Part shown: piece by piece, positions 9,560 through 18,378 of the stretch
How the letters are laid out: each line of letters starts with the position of its first letter
Position numbering within the stretch: the stretch's first letter is position 1
Sequence record: NC_048792.1
DNA length: 64,000 nucleotides
Direction: 5' to 3' (one strand)
Program-made: the position numbers and the translations under genes
The notes under the pieces: generated by a model
The model's database searches: none
The model's input: the letters and a program-made list of their open reading frames with translations, nothing else
Told to the model about the DNA's origin: nothing

Positions 9560-9814
9560 ATGGATCTTAAAAACCATCCTAGACCTAATCAGAAAACGAC
9601 TATCTGGGAAGCACCCGGTAAAATAAAAACCAAACTTCCTTACCCCCATACTCGTATAGAGCGATATCATGAGCTTCGAGCTATGGCAGATGAAGCTGGG
9701 AATGATTATACTCTGAGGCAGTTCATCGGTTGTAAAATATTCGATTTATTGGCGATTACCGATGAGCAGTACCAGAGCAGGATCGAGTACGAACACAAAT
9801 ACCTCTCGCATTAA
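9560..9814 (+). CDS. Hypothetical protein, paralogue of 9849..10205
   Basis: SD AGGAG; shared KLPYPHTR.ER..EL motif. Confidence 0.75.
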   Translation: MDLKNHPRPNQKTTIWEAPGKIKTKLPYPHTRIERYHELRAMADEAGNDYTLRQFIGCKIFDLLAITDEQYQSRIEYEHKYLSH

Positions 9815-9848
9815 TAAACCAATTCCTAAAACCTTTCAGGAGAATACC

Positions 9849-10205
9849 ATGAGCAACAATACCCGTCATTCGCAAGCTTATTACAGTTCCAAACACCATC
9901 CAGTAGTATTAGAGGCCCAACGGGAAGCTGGCACCAAACTCCCGTATCCGCATACGCGAGCCGAACGTATCGAAGAACTCAAGCTCCAACTTAGTACGGT
10001 TGAACCAGATACCTATCTGGAACGTTTCGTTAAATCTTACCTCTACGAAGCAGAAAGCTTGTCTGATGAAGAGTATCAGGTAAAGATTGACGACAAAGCT
10101 AACTTTGACTCTTTAGTCAAAGAGGAAGAAGAAAAGGCCTTATCACGAAAAACAGCAGTCGGAACAGCCACAGGTTTTGTGGGCGTTAAAGTTCGCGAAG
10201 ATTAA
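9849..10205 (+). CDS. Hypothetical protein, paralogue of 9560..9814
   Basis: ATG 9849 after CAGGAG; shared KLPYPHTR.ER..EL motif. Confidence 0.75.
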   Translation: MSNNTRHSQAYYSSKHHPVVLEAQREAGTKLPYPHTRAERIEELKLQLSTVEPDTYLERFVKSYLYEAESLSDEEYQVKIDDKANFDSLVKEEEEKALSRKTAVGTATGFVGVKVRED

Positions 10206-10260
10206 TCGTTAATAGCCAGTTAAACTCTCTAAACCAAACTCAATTAACAAGGAATTAAAA

Positions 10261-10842
10261 ATGTCTACTATCATCAATACTTCAAACAACAAAACTGTTT
10301 CTAACCGTTTCTTCTACTACACCGTTGCCGTCTTCGCCGTCTTCGCAACCATCGTTGGCGTATCTGAAAATGATACCGTCAACCTGATCGCTTGGGTCGT
10401 TCTCATGGTCGTCAACGTTAACCTGGCGCATTGCGATAACGAAGAAGTAAAAGCTGCCGGTTACAAACCAACTACCGTCTGGCTGAATATGCTGCTCTCT
10501 CCTCTCGGCTGGGGCATCGTTCGTGTTATCCGTACCCGTAACGGCGGCTTCCATAACTTCAAAGGCATCATCGGTTATGTTGTCGGTGTTCTGGCAGTAT
10601 TGATGGTTCTGGGCCTGGCCACTGAGCCTAACGAAGACGAAGCAATTGCAACCCGCACTTGTGAAATCATCAACGAACAAACTGAGCCATTCTTCCTGGA
10701 AGGCGTTAAATGCGATCACGCTGAGTTCGACAGCAAACCAGGCAAATACACCTGGGTCATTAACGTGTACAAAACCGATGGTGACGTTACCATGGTAAAC
10801 GCACGTTACGACGCTAAGAACGATATGATCACCGTGTTCTAA
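10261..10842 (+). CDS. Membrane protein with C-terminal soluble two-Cys domain
   Basis: SD AAGGA; several hydrophobic segments; strong codon bias. Confidence 0.8.
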   Translation: MSTIINTSNNKTVSNRFFYYTVAVFAVFATIVGVSENDTVNLIAWVVLMVVNVNLAHCDNEEVKAAGYKPTTVWLNMLLSPLGWGIVRVIRTRNGGFHNFKGIIGYVVGVLAVLMVLGLATEPNEDEAIATRTCEIINEQTEPFFLEGVKCDHAEFDSKPGKYTWVINVYKTDGDVTMVNARYDAKNDMITVF

Positions 10843-10906
10843 AGTCTTACGCTCCCTTGGTTACTATGGACATTATATCCGTTGTAGCTTAGGGAGCTAA
10901 TAGACT

Positions 10907-11113
10907 ATGGGACGTTCTATTTTTGTTGAGTCTATCCATGAGGCGCTTTCTTTAGTGCCTGACGAGAATCTGCCACTGGCGCTGGAAGCGATTGAATTGC
11001 TCAGCGACTGCACACCTCCATGGGAAGACTTGACGCATGAGGAACAGCTGAAAGGCGTGTTGTCTCATGTTGTACCTTTCGGTTGGGTACAAGAAGAATT
11101 TGTACCGATGTAA
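10907..11113 (+). CDS. Hypothetical protein (68 aa)
   Basis: ORF with GGGAG upstream, ending at a terminator. Confidence 0.6.
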   Translation: MGRSIFVESIHEALSLVPDENLPLALEAIELLSDCTPPWEDLTHEEQLKGVLSHVVPFGWVQEEFVPM

Positions 11114-11121
11114 CAGCATAG

Positions 11122-11145
11122 GGAGAGTAGCCACGGCTACTCTCC
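11122..11145. terminator. Probable bidirectional terminator between convergent genes
   Basis: GGAGAGTAGC-CACG-GCTACTCTCC. Confidence 0.7.
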
Positions 11146-11156
11146 TTTATGTCGAC

Positions 11157-11360
11157 TTAGAGGCTATTGACTACCTGAGTAAAACCTTGGGTATCCTTAA
11201 CCAAGAAGTCACCAACCTTAGGCTGATGTTTTTCCATGAACCATTTCATAAATGACTCTTTAGAGCCACCTTCGAAATGGAGAACCGTAAGTTCACGGCT
11301 AGTTTTGGACGGAGTAATGTTTTCAATTTTACGTGCAGTTTCTACTACTAACTGATTCAT
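11157..11360 (-). CDS. Hypothetical protein (67 aa)
   Basis: Minus-strand SD TAAGG; ends at the shared hairpin. Confidence 0.6.
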   Translation of the reverse strand: MNQLVVETARKIENITPSKTSRELTVLHFEGGSKESFMKWFMEKHQPKVGDFLVKDTQGFTQVVNSL

Positions 11361-11569
11361 TGATCTGACCTTAATGGAAATTTTAATTTTGGGTAATTCA
11401 TAAGATATGAGATTACATTCTCATTATGAATTGAACCTGACATCATTATTGAGAGGTACCTAATGGCCAGTAAGAGTAGAATAAAAAGGATCGAAAGTAA
11501 GAAGTTAAACGCAACGCCAAGAGCGCCTATAAAGGACTCTGTTGCACTCAACCCGGATGACATGGACAA
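11357..11569 (-). CDS. Possible small membrane protein
   Basis: One hydrophobic stretch; ATGA overlap with 11157..11360. Confidence 0.4.
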   Translation of the reverse strand: MSMSSGLSATESFIGALGVAFNFLLSILFILLLLAIRYLSIMMSGSIHNENVISYLMNYPKLKFPLRSDQ

Positions 11570-11636
11570 GATGTCATCTAAAACAATTGCGCGCTTAGAA
11601 AGGCGTACAAAGCTTATTTATTGAGGAATCAAAAAG

Positions 11637-11870
11637 ATGACCCGTAAAGTATTTTACATCATTGCAGCAATCATTCTGGTAATCGGTTGGGCGATTGTAG
11701 GTTACTGTATCTACGACGCGTTCCATCAAATCAGCGCCTGGTATATTTTCGGTAACGTGGCCTGCGCTATTATGGTCTTTATCTGGATGGGTGCATTGAT
11801 CGTTGCGGTTGGTATGCAAGTAAAACCAACTAAAATGGAACACGCCCATGACAAAGCCGGAAACTACTGA
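11637..11870 (+). CDS. Small two-TM membrane protein
   Basis: SD GAGGA; two hydrophobic helices. Confidence 0.75.
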   Translation: MTRKVFYIIAAIILVIGWAIVGYCIYDAFHQISAWYIFGNVACAIMVFIWMGALIVAVGMQVKPTKMEHAHDKAGNY

Positions 11871-12168
11871 CCAAGCGATGGCGAAGCTGTTTGAAAGATG
11901 GCAGCGTAATCTTGAGACAGCAATCTACCATGTGTACATTAAAGTCATCCCTTACGACTTTGATACACTTTGTACTTTAATGCACCGTGAGATGGGATTA
12001 TCGGGTGGCGCTGGCGCCGATGTGGTCGATGGCCGCTACGTTAAAGTCTACGGTAAGTTTTACGAAGACAAATATCGGATCATGTTCAAAGTAGAACAAG
12101 ATACGCCGATATACATGTTCTTCACGGAAGATGATATTCGTGCAGTTTATAATCGTTTCGTCAAGTGA
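11848..12168 (+). CDS. Hypothetical protein
   Basis: Coupled ORF; start may lie further downstream. Confidence 0.7.
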   Translation: MTKPETTDQAMAKLFERWQRNLETAIYHVYIKVIPYDFDTLCTLMHREMGLSGGAGADVVDGRYVKVYGKFYEDKYRIMFKVEQDTPIYMFFTEDDIRAVYNRFVK

Positions 12169-12170
12169 GT

Positions 12171-12210
12171 GCTAGAGCGGAAGTGTCCTTTATGGGCACT
12201 CCGCTCTAGT
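12171..12210 (+). terminator. Long hairpin terminator
   Basis: CTAGAGCGG...CCGCTCTAG followed by TTATTT. Confidence 0.7.
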
Positions 12211-12252
12211 TATTTGTACCTGCCTTTTATTTTTTGACACTAGCTCGCTTAC

Positions 12253-12257
12253 TATGA
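12253..12257 (+). promoter_or_regulatory. Putative late promoter core (TATGA)
   Basis: TTACTATGAC upstream of the virion gene at 12309. Confidence 0.5.
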
Positions 12258-12308
12258 CACCTTATAAAACCCCATTCCTGAGCATGTTACAGGAGAAGGA
12301 AACTTGCC

Positions 12309-14360
12309 ATGGTTGACTTAACCAAAGACGCTAAACTCATTGCGATTGACCTCATCAATGAAGCTAACGGAACTAACTTTACCGATAAAACTATCGCGTT
12401 GTCAGGGCCGGTTGTAAACAACTTCGTGTTGAACGGTCTGAATACGGAAGTTACTGCTTCGCCTAACGCAGGTGATAGCAATGACATTCCGGTAACTACT
12501 TATTATTCCCGTCTCCATCTGAACCATTTGTTGGAGCGTCCTTACGCCGCCTTAGAGAACCAAGCACCTTCTCGCCTGGCTGGTTTACTTCCTTCTATCA
12601 ACGCTAAATATCGCCTCGGTCTGACCGCTGCAGATATCGTTGATGGCCCGTATCGTCCTGACGATGTAGCGACTGGTATTCGTCACGTTCAGATCGAAGC
12701 TAACCCGAACAGTTACGGTTACATCGGTAAGACTGACATCTATCTGGGTGATAGCGCTCTGGTAGCCGATTGGTTTGAACGTCCTCATTATCAGTTCTCT
12801 CGTGACTTCGGCGCAGTTACCTTCATGGGTAACAGCTATAACTTCCCTGATATCGATATCCGATTCGCTGGCCCTATTCAGACTATTACTCTCAATAGCC
12901 GGATCAAAGCTGTGAGCATCGATACTGACCGCCAATACCGTGCTTTCGAAAGCTACCCGGTAAACGGTACGTTGGTTGCGCACTTCAATAACGGCGTGAT
13001 GAAAGAGATCGTTGGTAACCGTGGCGAAACGAGCTACGATGAAAACGGTATTCTTCTGGATATCATGCCGGATCTCCCTTCCTTCATGGACAACATCCAC
13101 GAAGATGTACGCATCCTCAAATCGTACGGTAACGGGAACATTACCTACAGCACCGACTACGACGTAGGTAAGCGAAAGGCAACTTCTGGTTTGACTTACT
13201 ACGTTGATAACGTAGCAGGTAACGATCAGAACGATGGTCAGTCGGAGGGTAAAGCATTCAAGTCGTTTAACCGTGCATTGATGGCAACTCCTGCTGCCCG
13301 TATCATCATGGTCAAAGGGACGGATGTTTATTACGATGCCAACAACGGCTGGACGAGTTCAGTTAATAACCGTTCTCTGGACGTCATCGGCTTCGGCCCT
13401 AAAAAGCCTATCTTCACGGCGACCGTAAACGACCTCACCTGGAAACAGCAAAGTGAGTCCATGTGGTATACCGACCGTATCCGTTTGGCTGCCTTCGTTG
13501 ACATGAACAACGTAACGCTGGCCGCTGGCCCAGTCCGTATGACCGCTGCTAAGACGCTGGACGACTGCCGTATCAACCAGTCTACCTATTACTTCGACAA
13601 CGTGTCTGGTCGTACTTACGTTCACTTGTTTGACGATCGTCAACCAGATGACAAAGTTCTGGGTATCATGGCAAGTAACTCTGGTCGTACCGAGAACGGG
13701 TCTACTGTTTACATGGAAAACCTTCAGTTCCAGTACACTTACCGTGGCTTCCAGACTGAAATCACTCAGGCTAAAGTAGTCGGGTATCTGTACGCTAAGA
13801 ACTGCGACTTCGGCTGGAGCTGGACTGATGCCGGCCTTAACAGCTGGGGTACTAACGTTGTTACTCAGGGCTGTACTGCTCAGTGGTGTCAGCGCGGCGG
13901 TTTCCGTTATAACTCAGACCGCGTAACTCCAACCATGGGTATCAAACCTTGGGTTGTTGAAATCGGCGCAGTTGTTAAGCAGTGCGGTTTCGACGGCACT
14001 GGTCAGGGCGTAGGTTCCGGTATCTCCGGTAACGTAACTATCATGCGTATTGGCGGTAGCTATTCTGATTGCGAAGGTAACTTCGTTCAGGACACCGGTG
14101 ACAATACCTACTCGCTCAACCTGAGTTTGACTACGTTTAAATCTCGGTGGAATAACCCAGATGCGGCCGCGTACACTAACGGCCTGAACTCAGTGCGTGC
14201 AGCAGTTGCACATTACTGGAGCTGCACTATGGACAGCAGCGCTTTGTCTATCTATCCGAAAGGCAAAGGTCAAGCGTTCTTGCACAACACGTTAGTAGGT
14301 GCACGTCCCTGCTACCAGCGCGAAACGCCGTATCGTTTTATTTACACTAAGAAAGGGTAA
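12309..14360 (+). CDS. Virion structural protein with phiKZ-like N-terminal tail module and C-terminal beta-helix (683 aa)
   Basis: IDLINEANG...NTEVT...YYSRLHL module; YYVDNVAGNDQNDGQSEGKAFKSF beta-helix cap motif; full-length paralogue of 14371..16437. Confidence 0.75.
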   Translation: MVDLTKDAKLIAIDLINEANGTNFTDKTIALSGPVVNNFVLNGLNTEVTASPNAGDSNDIPVTTYYSRLHLNHLLERPYAALENQAPSRLAGLLPSINAKYRLGLTAADIVDGPYRPDDVATGIRHVQIEANPNSYGYIGKTDIYLGDSALVADWFERPHYQFSRDFGAVTFMGNSYNFPDIDIRFAGPIQTITLNSRIKAVSIDTDRQYRAFESYPVNGTLVAHFNNGVMKEIVGNRGETSYDENGILLDIMPDLPSFMDNIHEDVRILKSYGNGNITYSTDYDVGKRKATSGLTYYVDNVAGNDQNDGQSEGKAFKSFNRALMATPAARIIMVKGTDVYYDANNGWTSSVNNRSLDVIGFGPKKPIFTATVNDLTWKQQSESMWYTDRIRLAAFVDMNNVTLAAGPVRMTAAKTLDDCRINQSTYYFDNVSGRTYVHLFDDRQPDDKVLGIMASNSGRTENGSTVYMENLQFQYTYRGFQTEITQAKVVGYLYAKNCDFGWSWTDAGLNSWGTNVVTQGCTAQWCQRGGFRYNSDRVTPTMGIKPWVVEIGAVVKQCGFDGTGQGVGSGISGNVTIMRIGGSYSDCEGNFVQDTGDNTYSLNLSLTTFKSRWNNPDAAAYTNGLNSVRAAVAHYWSCTMDSSALSIYPKGKGQAFLHNTLVGARPCYQRETPYRFIYTKKG

Positions 14361-14370
14361 GTGAACCAAT

Positions 14371-16437
14371 ATGAGTAATTACTCCCAACAAAGTAAGGTT
14401 CTGTTAGTTAGCGTAATTAACCAGGACAAAGGTACGTTCATTTCTCCTAATGACGTATACTTCATCGGACCAACCGCTAACGATCACCCCGACTACGATA
14501 CGAAAGTCACCATGGTCGCCTTGGAGGATTCGCCTTATCGTGACTCCAAGGTTATCGAGTACAACAAAGTAGAGTTCTCGGGTATCTTCTCCGTACCGCT
14601 CATCTTTACTGCCGCAGGTAATATCCTGACTACGTCTGACCTGATCAAACGTATCAACGAAGAATACGGTACTCAGTTAGATGATACCGACATCATCGTT
14701 GAACCAGTAACACCAGTGTTGCTGAGCAGTACTGTGGCAATGGTGACGGTTCGTGCTGCGCCTAACGCACTGATCATCAAAGGTCAGTTGACAGTCTACT
14801 TCTCTGACACCGCGTCCATTCGTAAGTGGATTCGTAATGTAAGCACGGAGTATTCCAGTGACGGTAAAACTCTGCGTATCTCTGGCTCTAACCGCCGCGT
14901 AGATAAAAAGGTTGTCATCGGTAACGCTATCGATTATCTCCCAGCTACGAGCGCCATGGCGCTTTCTCTGGGGGCTGACGGTAAGTTCAACGAAGTAATG
15001 ACTTTACCTACACAGAGTCCGGTGAAGGTTCGGTTCCGTGAAGGTTCCCTGTTAGAAGTTGTGGGTCCGAGCGATGAGACTAGCTACGACCGTAATGGTA
15101 AGTTGCTTCGTATCTCTCCTCAGTTGCCACCGATCTTCGAAACCATCGGGAACCTGGCACAGATCAAAGCGACGTTCGACGATAACGGCCCAGACTTCAA
15201 TCCGAACTATTCGATTAAAGTTAAACGGGCACGTTCTGGTGTTGTCTACTACGTTGACTCTGTAAATGGCAATGACCTGAACGGTCAGGGTACCGAACAG
15301 TCCCCGTACAAGAGCTTCAACGCAGCGATCACTCGTACTCCGCTGGCACGGACTATCGTCATCAAAGACGGTTCTTCGTTCAAGAGCGGAGAAGGCCCAA
15401 GTGCGCCAATCGAAGACCGTTCACTGGATATCGTTACTTCCGGTACGAACAAGGTCACCCTGAGTGGTGCATGTAAGGTAAGCGCGTGGACTAAGTCGCC
15501 AGGTCAAGACAACGTCTACGTTGCAACCCTGACTGATAAAGTGGGCGGTGTTGCTGACTACATCGTAGCCGGTACGTCTGGTCGAGCTACTCAGTTGACT
15601 GCCGTAGCATCTATTGCTGCTGCAGCTACAACCAAAGGTAGTTACTACCTCGAAGAAGGAAAGGTCTACGTCCATACGTTGGATGATCGTGCACCGGATA
15701 ATAAGTTGGTTGTTATCTCAGCCAACCCAGTAATCAGTGTAAAAGGTAACTCACAGGTTTACCTGGAGAACCTGATCATCGTAGACAGCATCAATGGCGT
15801 TGTAGTTGAAGCGACCAGTGTTGACAAAGTTCCTAACTTCTACGCAGTGAACTGTGAGTTTAAAAACTCGGCAGGTCGCGGTTTAAGTGGTTACGGTTCG
15901 ACTGTTCAGACTGAAGGTTGTAAGTTCACGGCTAACGCCAGTAACGCAACCTACTACGATCTGGATCGTCAGTCTCCTGGTCTGGGCATCAAGTCCCGCT
16001 TCAGTGAGTCAAGTAACACCTTTGAGTGGAATGGTACTATCGATCCATTCATGGGCTCAACGACGCTAGCTATCGCCGGTACAGTCGGTACACGTTGTAA
16101 GAACGTCTACTCCAACTGCTTCGGTCGCCCTATCCTGGATTATGGTACAAATACCGCAACAGCCAACTACTCGTTGACTGTGGGTCAAAGTACGATTAAC
16201 GATGTATTGAACGGCGCGCTGATTACTTCAGGTCACCCAGATACAAGTCGCTACGGTCGTGCGATGACGTTGGTGTTCTCGTCTAAACTGACTCAGCGCG
16301 ATGGTGCATTTACCTTAGCGTCTATCGGTAACGGTAACATCTACCTGTACGATACCCCGGTAGGTAAGATGGGCCAGTATGGGTTGAGTGATCCGTACAA
16401 GTTCATCTACACCTCGAGCCAACGAGCTCAACAGTGA
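14371..16437 (+). CDS. Virion structural protein, paralogue of 12309..14360 (688 aa)
   Basis: ETSYDRNGKLL vs ETSYDENGILL; YYVDSVNGNDLNGQGTEQSPYKSF; VHTLDDRAPD vs VHLFDDRQPD. Confidence 0.75.
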   Translation: MSNYSQQSKVLLVSVINQDKGTFISPNDVYFIGPTANDHPDYDTKVTMVALEDSPYRDSKVIEYNKVEFSGIFSVPLIFTAAGNILTTSDLIKRINEEYGTQLDDTDIIVEPVTPVLLSSTVAMVTVRAAPNALIIKGQLTVYFSDTASIRKWIRNVSTEYSSDGKTLRISGSNRRVDKKVVIGNAIDYLPATSAMALSLGADGKFNEVMTLPTQSPVKVRFREGSLLEVVGPSDETSYDRNGKLLRISPQLPPIFETIGNLAQIKATFDDNGPDFNPNYSIKVKRARSGVVYYVDSVNGNDLNGQGTEQSPYKSFNAAITRTPLARTIVIKDGSSFKSGEGPSAPIEDRSLDIVTSGTNKVTLSGACKVSAWTKSPGQDNVYVATLTDKVGGVADYIVAGTSGRATQLTAVASIAAAATTKGSYYLEEGKVYVHTLDDRAPDNKLVVISANPVISVKGNSQVYLENLIIVDSINGVVVEATSVDKVPNFYAVNCEFKNSAGRGLSGYGSTVQTEGCKFTANASNATYYDLDRQSPGLGIKSRFSESSNTFEWNGTIDPFMGSTTLAIAGTVGTRCKNVYSNCFGRPILDYGTNTATANYSLTVGQSTINDVLNGALITSGHPDTSRYGRAMTLVFSSKLTQRDGAFTLASIGNGNIYLYDTPVGKMGQYGLSDPYKFIYTSSQRAQQ

Positions 16438-16504
16438 TTATATGAGCGTCTGTAACATCGATGCTTCGTAAACGTTTTTGAGTTCTGATGGTTAATCCAT
16501 ATTG

Positions 16505-16528
16505 GGAGGAGGGCTTCGGCTCTCCTCC
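16505..16528 (+). terminator. Intrinsic terminator
   Basis: GGAGGAGGGC-TTCG-GCTCTCCTCC-TTTTTT. Confidence 0.85.
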
Positions 16529-16594
16529 TTTTTTTACGCCTCTTTGGAATTATTTGAAGAAGTACTCAAATTAACCCCATTGAAGGAAACACCT

Positions 16595-17737
16595 GTGAAC
16601 GTAGAACTCAAACTGATCGACCCACGTTATAAATCCAGCGAGTGGGCAATCCCTGACTACAAAACCTCCGGTGCTGCAGCAATCGATGTATTGGCATGTG
16701 TCGATACCGAAATCGTCATTAACCCAGGTGAAGTCAAGATGATTCCTCTGGGCATCGCATTCCACCTGAACGACGCCGAAGTCGCAGCAATCCTGATGCC
16801 ACGTTCTGGTCTGGGTTCTAAAGAAGGTGTGATCCTGGGTAACACTCTGGGTCTGATCGACTCTGATTTCCAAGGCCAGGTACAGGCTCCTATCTGGAAC
16901 CGTAACTTCGCCGATAAACAAATCCGTATTCAGCCAGGTGATCGTATTGCTCAGCTGATGTTCGTACCGGTAGTTCGTCCTACCTTTAAAGTAGTGGAAG
17001 AGTTCAGTGAAACTACTGAACGTGGTGAAGGCGGTTTCGGCTCCACTGGCGTAGCAACCAAATCGGTTGACGAAGTGATCGACGCTATCGTTGACTTTCA
17101 CACCGATGCCCTGGTAAAGAAAGGCCCGTACGCATTGAAAGATGCAATGGCGATGCCGCGTGGTGAGCTGGCTGCTACGTTCAAGTATTTCCTGATCGAA
17201 GGCTGGGTTGGTAAGATCCAGGTAGAGTTCAAAGAGCTGATCGCGAAATACCCTGGTGTAGAAGTCCGTATGGCGTTGAAAGAACTGCCAGGTGAACATG
17301 TACAGGCTATCTACACCCGTCACTACAAAGACGCGGTAGAATCTGCCAAGAAACCTATCTCCCCTGAACACCCACAGGCTGAACAAATCGGTAAACTGGG
17401 TTCGTACACCAATCAGGCAGTTGATCCAGCAACCATGAGTAAGGAGGAGCTGATTGACGCGATCGTTGTCAAGCACACCGTGGATCTGTACGACACCAAA
17501 AAGGACGCCGTTCTCAAGAGTGACCTGGGTGGCTACGAAGAACTGAAACGCATTCTGGATAACACTATCCGCCAGCGTTCGATGATTTACGCCATTGCCC
17601 ATTTCAAAGAGATCGTCCGTGGCTATACCGGCAACGCTGTGGAGATGTTCCTGAACACGATGGATGAACGTACCATCTACAACATCTACATTCGCCACTA
17701 CGGTAAGAAACCGCTTTCTGCGACATTCGGTAGCTAA
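16595..17737 (+). CDS. dut: Trimeric dUTPase with a ~228-aa C-terminal extension of two tandem repeats
   Basis: GTG start after GAAGGA; motifs AAIDV, PRSGLG, GLIDSDFQG, GDRIAQL, RGEGGFGSTG. Confidence 0.95.
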   Translation: MNVELKLIDPRYKSSEWAIPDYKTSGAAAIDVLACVDTEIVINPGEVKMIPLGIAFHLNDAEVAAILMPRSGLGSKEGVILGNTLGLIDSDFQGQVQAPIWNRNFADKQIRIQPGDRIAQLMFVPVVRPTFKVVEEFSETTERGEGGFGSTGVATKSVDEVIDAIVDFHTDALVKKGPYALKDAMAMPRGELAATFKYFLIEGWVGKIQVEFKELIAKYPGVEVRMALKELPGEHVQAIYTRHYKDAVESAKKPISPEHPQAEQIGKLGSYTNQAVDPATMSKEELIDAIVVKHTVDLYDTKKDAVLKSDLGGYEELKRILDNTIRQRSMIYAIAHFKEIVRGYTGNAVEMFLNTMDERTIYNIYIRHYGKKPLSATFGS

Positions 17738-17750
17738 TAAGCGTCATAGC

Positions 17751-17774
17751 GGTGAGAGGGTAATTCCTCTCACC
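17751..17774 (+). terminator. Intrinsic terminator
   Basis: GGTGAGAGG-GTAATT-CCTCTCACC-TTATTTT. Confidence 0.8.
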
Positions 17775-17799
17775 TTATTTTACATCGGAAGGTATTATA

Positions 17800-18378
17800 A
17801 TGCCCAGCGGTAAATTCTTTTACGTTAAACCTCACGATAAAGGTTTTGTCGTTGTAAATGCAAACGGGTCAATTATGACAATAAATGATTTACCCCTTTG
17901 TCGCTCCATGAACGGTAAGCTCGTTGATGAAATGGGTAACCCCAACTTTGTTGTTTACCGAACATCGGAAGGAGCCGTTGCTAAGGCTGAGTGGCTAACT
18001 TCAGTAAACGTTAATGCTATCCTAGAAAGTATAGATGACTCCGAGTACAAGTTAAAAGAGAAACAACGCCTAGCAGCTATGCGTGACAGGAGACATTCGA
18101 TATACTTCTCTGCACTGGCGGTCATATTCGCCATTGCTTACTTTACAGACTTCCGTCCAAGAGACACTAATAAGGAACCTTTATGGCAGACATTATTCTC
18201 GACCCCAACCAAGACGGAATCACCCACATCAACATCTACTCCAAGTCCAGATGTATGCTCGGGAAGTTCCTGTCCCATTTCAGCAGAACCCCTTTCGAAC
18301 ACCCTACTCTGGGACGGTTCGAATCCATGGAAGCACTTTGGTATTTTGCAAAGACGGGATACCAACACGAAGAACTAA
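17800..18378 (+). CDS. Hypothetical membrane-anchored protein; last ~65 codons overlap the next gene
   Basis: SD GGAAGG; TM segment YFSALAVIFAIAYF. Confidence 0.65.
   Translation: MPSGKFFYVKPHDKGFVVVNANGSIMTINDLPLCRSMNGKLVDEMGNPNFVVYRTSEGAVAKAEWLTSVNVNAILESIDDSEYKLKEKQRLAAMRDRRHSIYFSALAVIFAIAYFTDFRPRDTNKEPLWQTLFSTPTKTESPTSTSTPSPDVCSGSSCPISAEPLSNTLLWDGSNPWKHFGILQRRDTNTKN

Noticed and set aside
16852-16878. dUTPase motif III has Phe (IDSDF) instead of Tyr
   Set aside because: Conservative aromatic change that should still exclude ribose; not evidence of altered specificity
16571-17698. 375-aa minus-strand ORF
   Set aside because: Antisense shadow of the strongly codon-biased dut gene; no SD or promoter
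18316-18326. GGTTCGAATCC, a tRNA T-loop-like sequence
   Set aside because: Lies inside coding sequence and no acceptor stem or cloverleaf can be built around it
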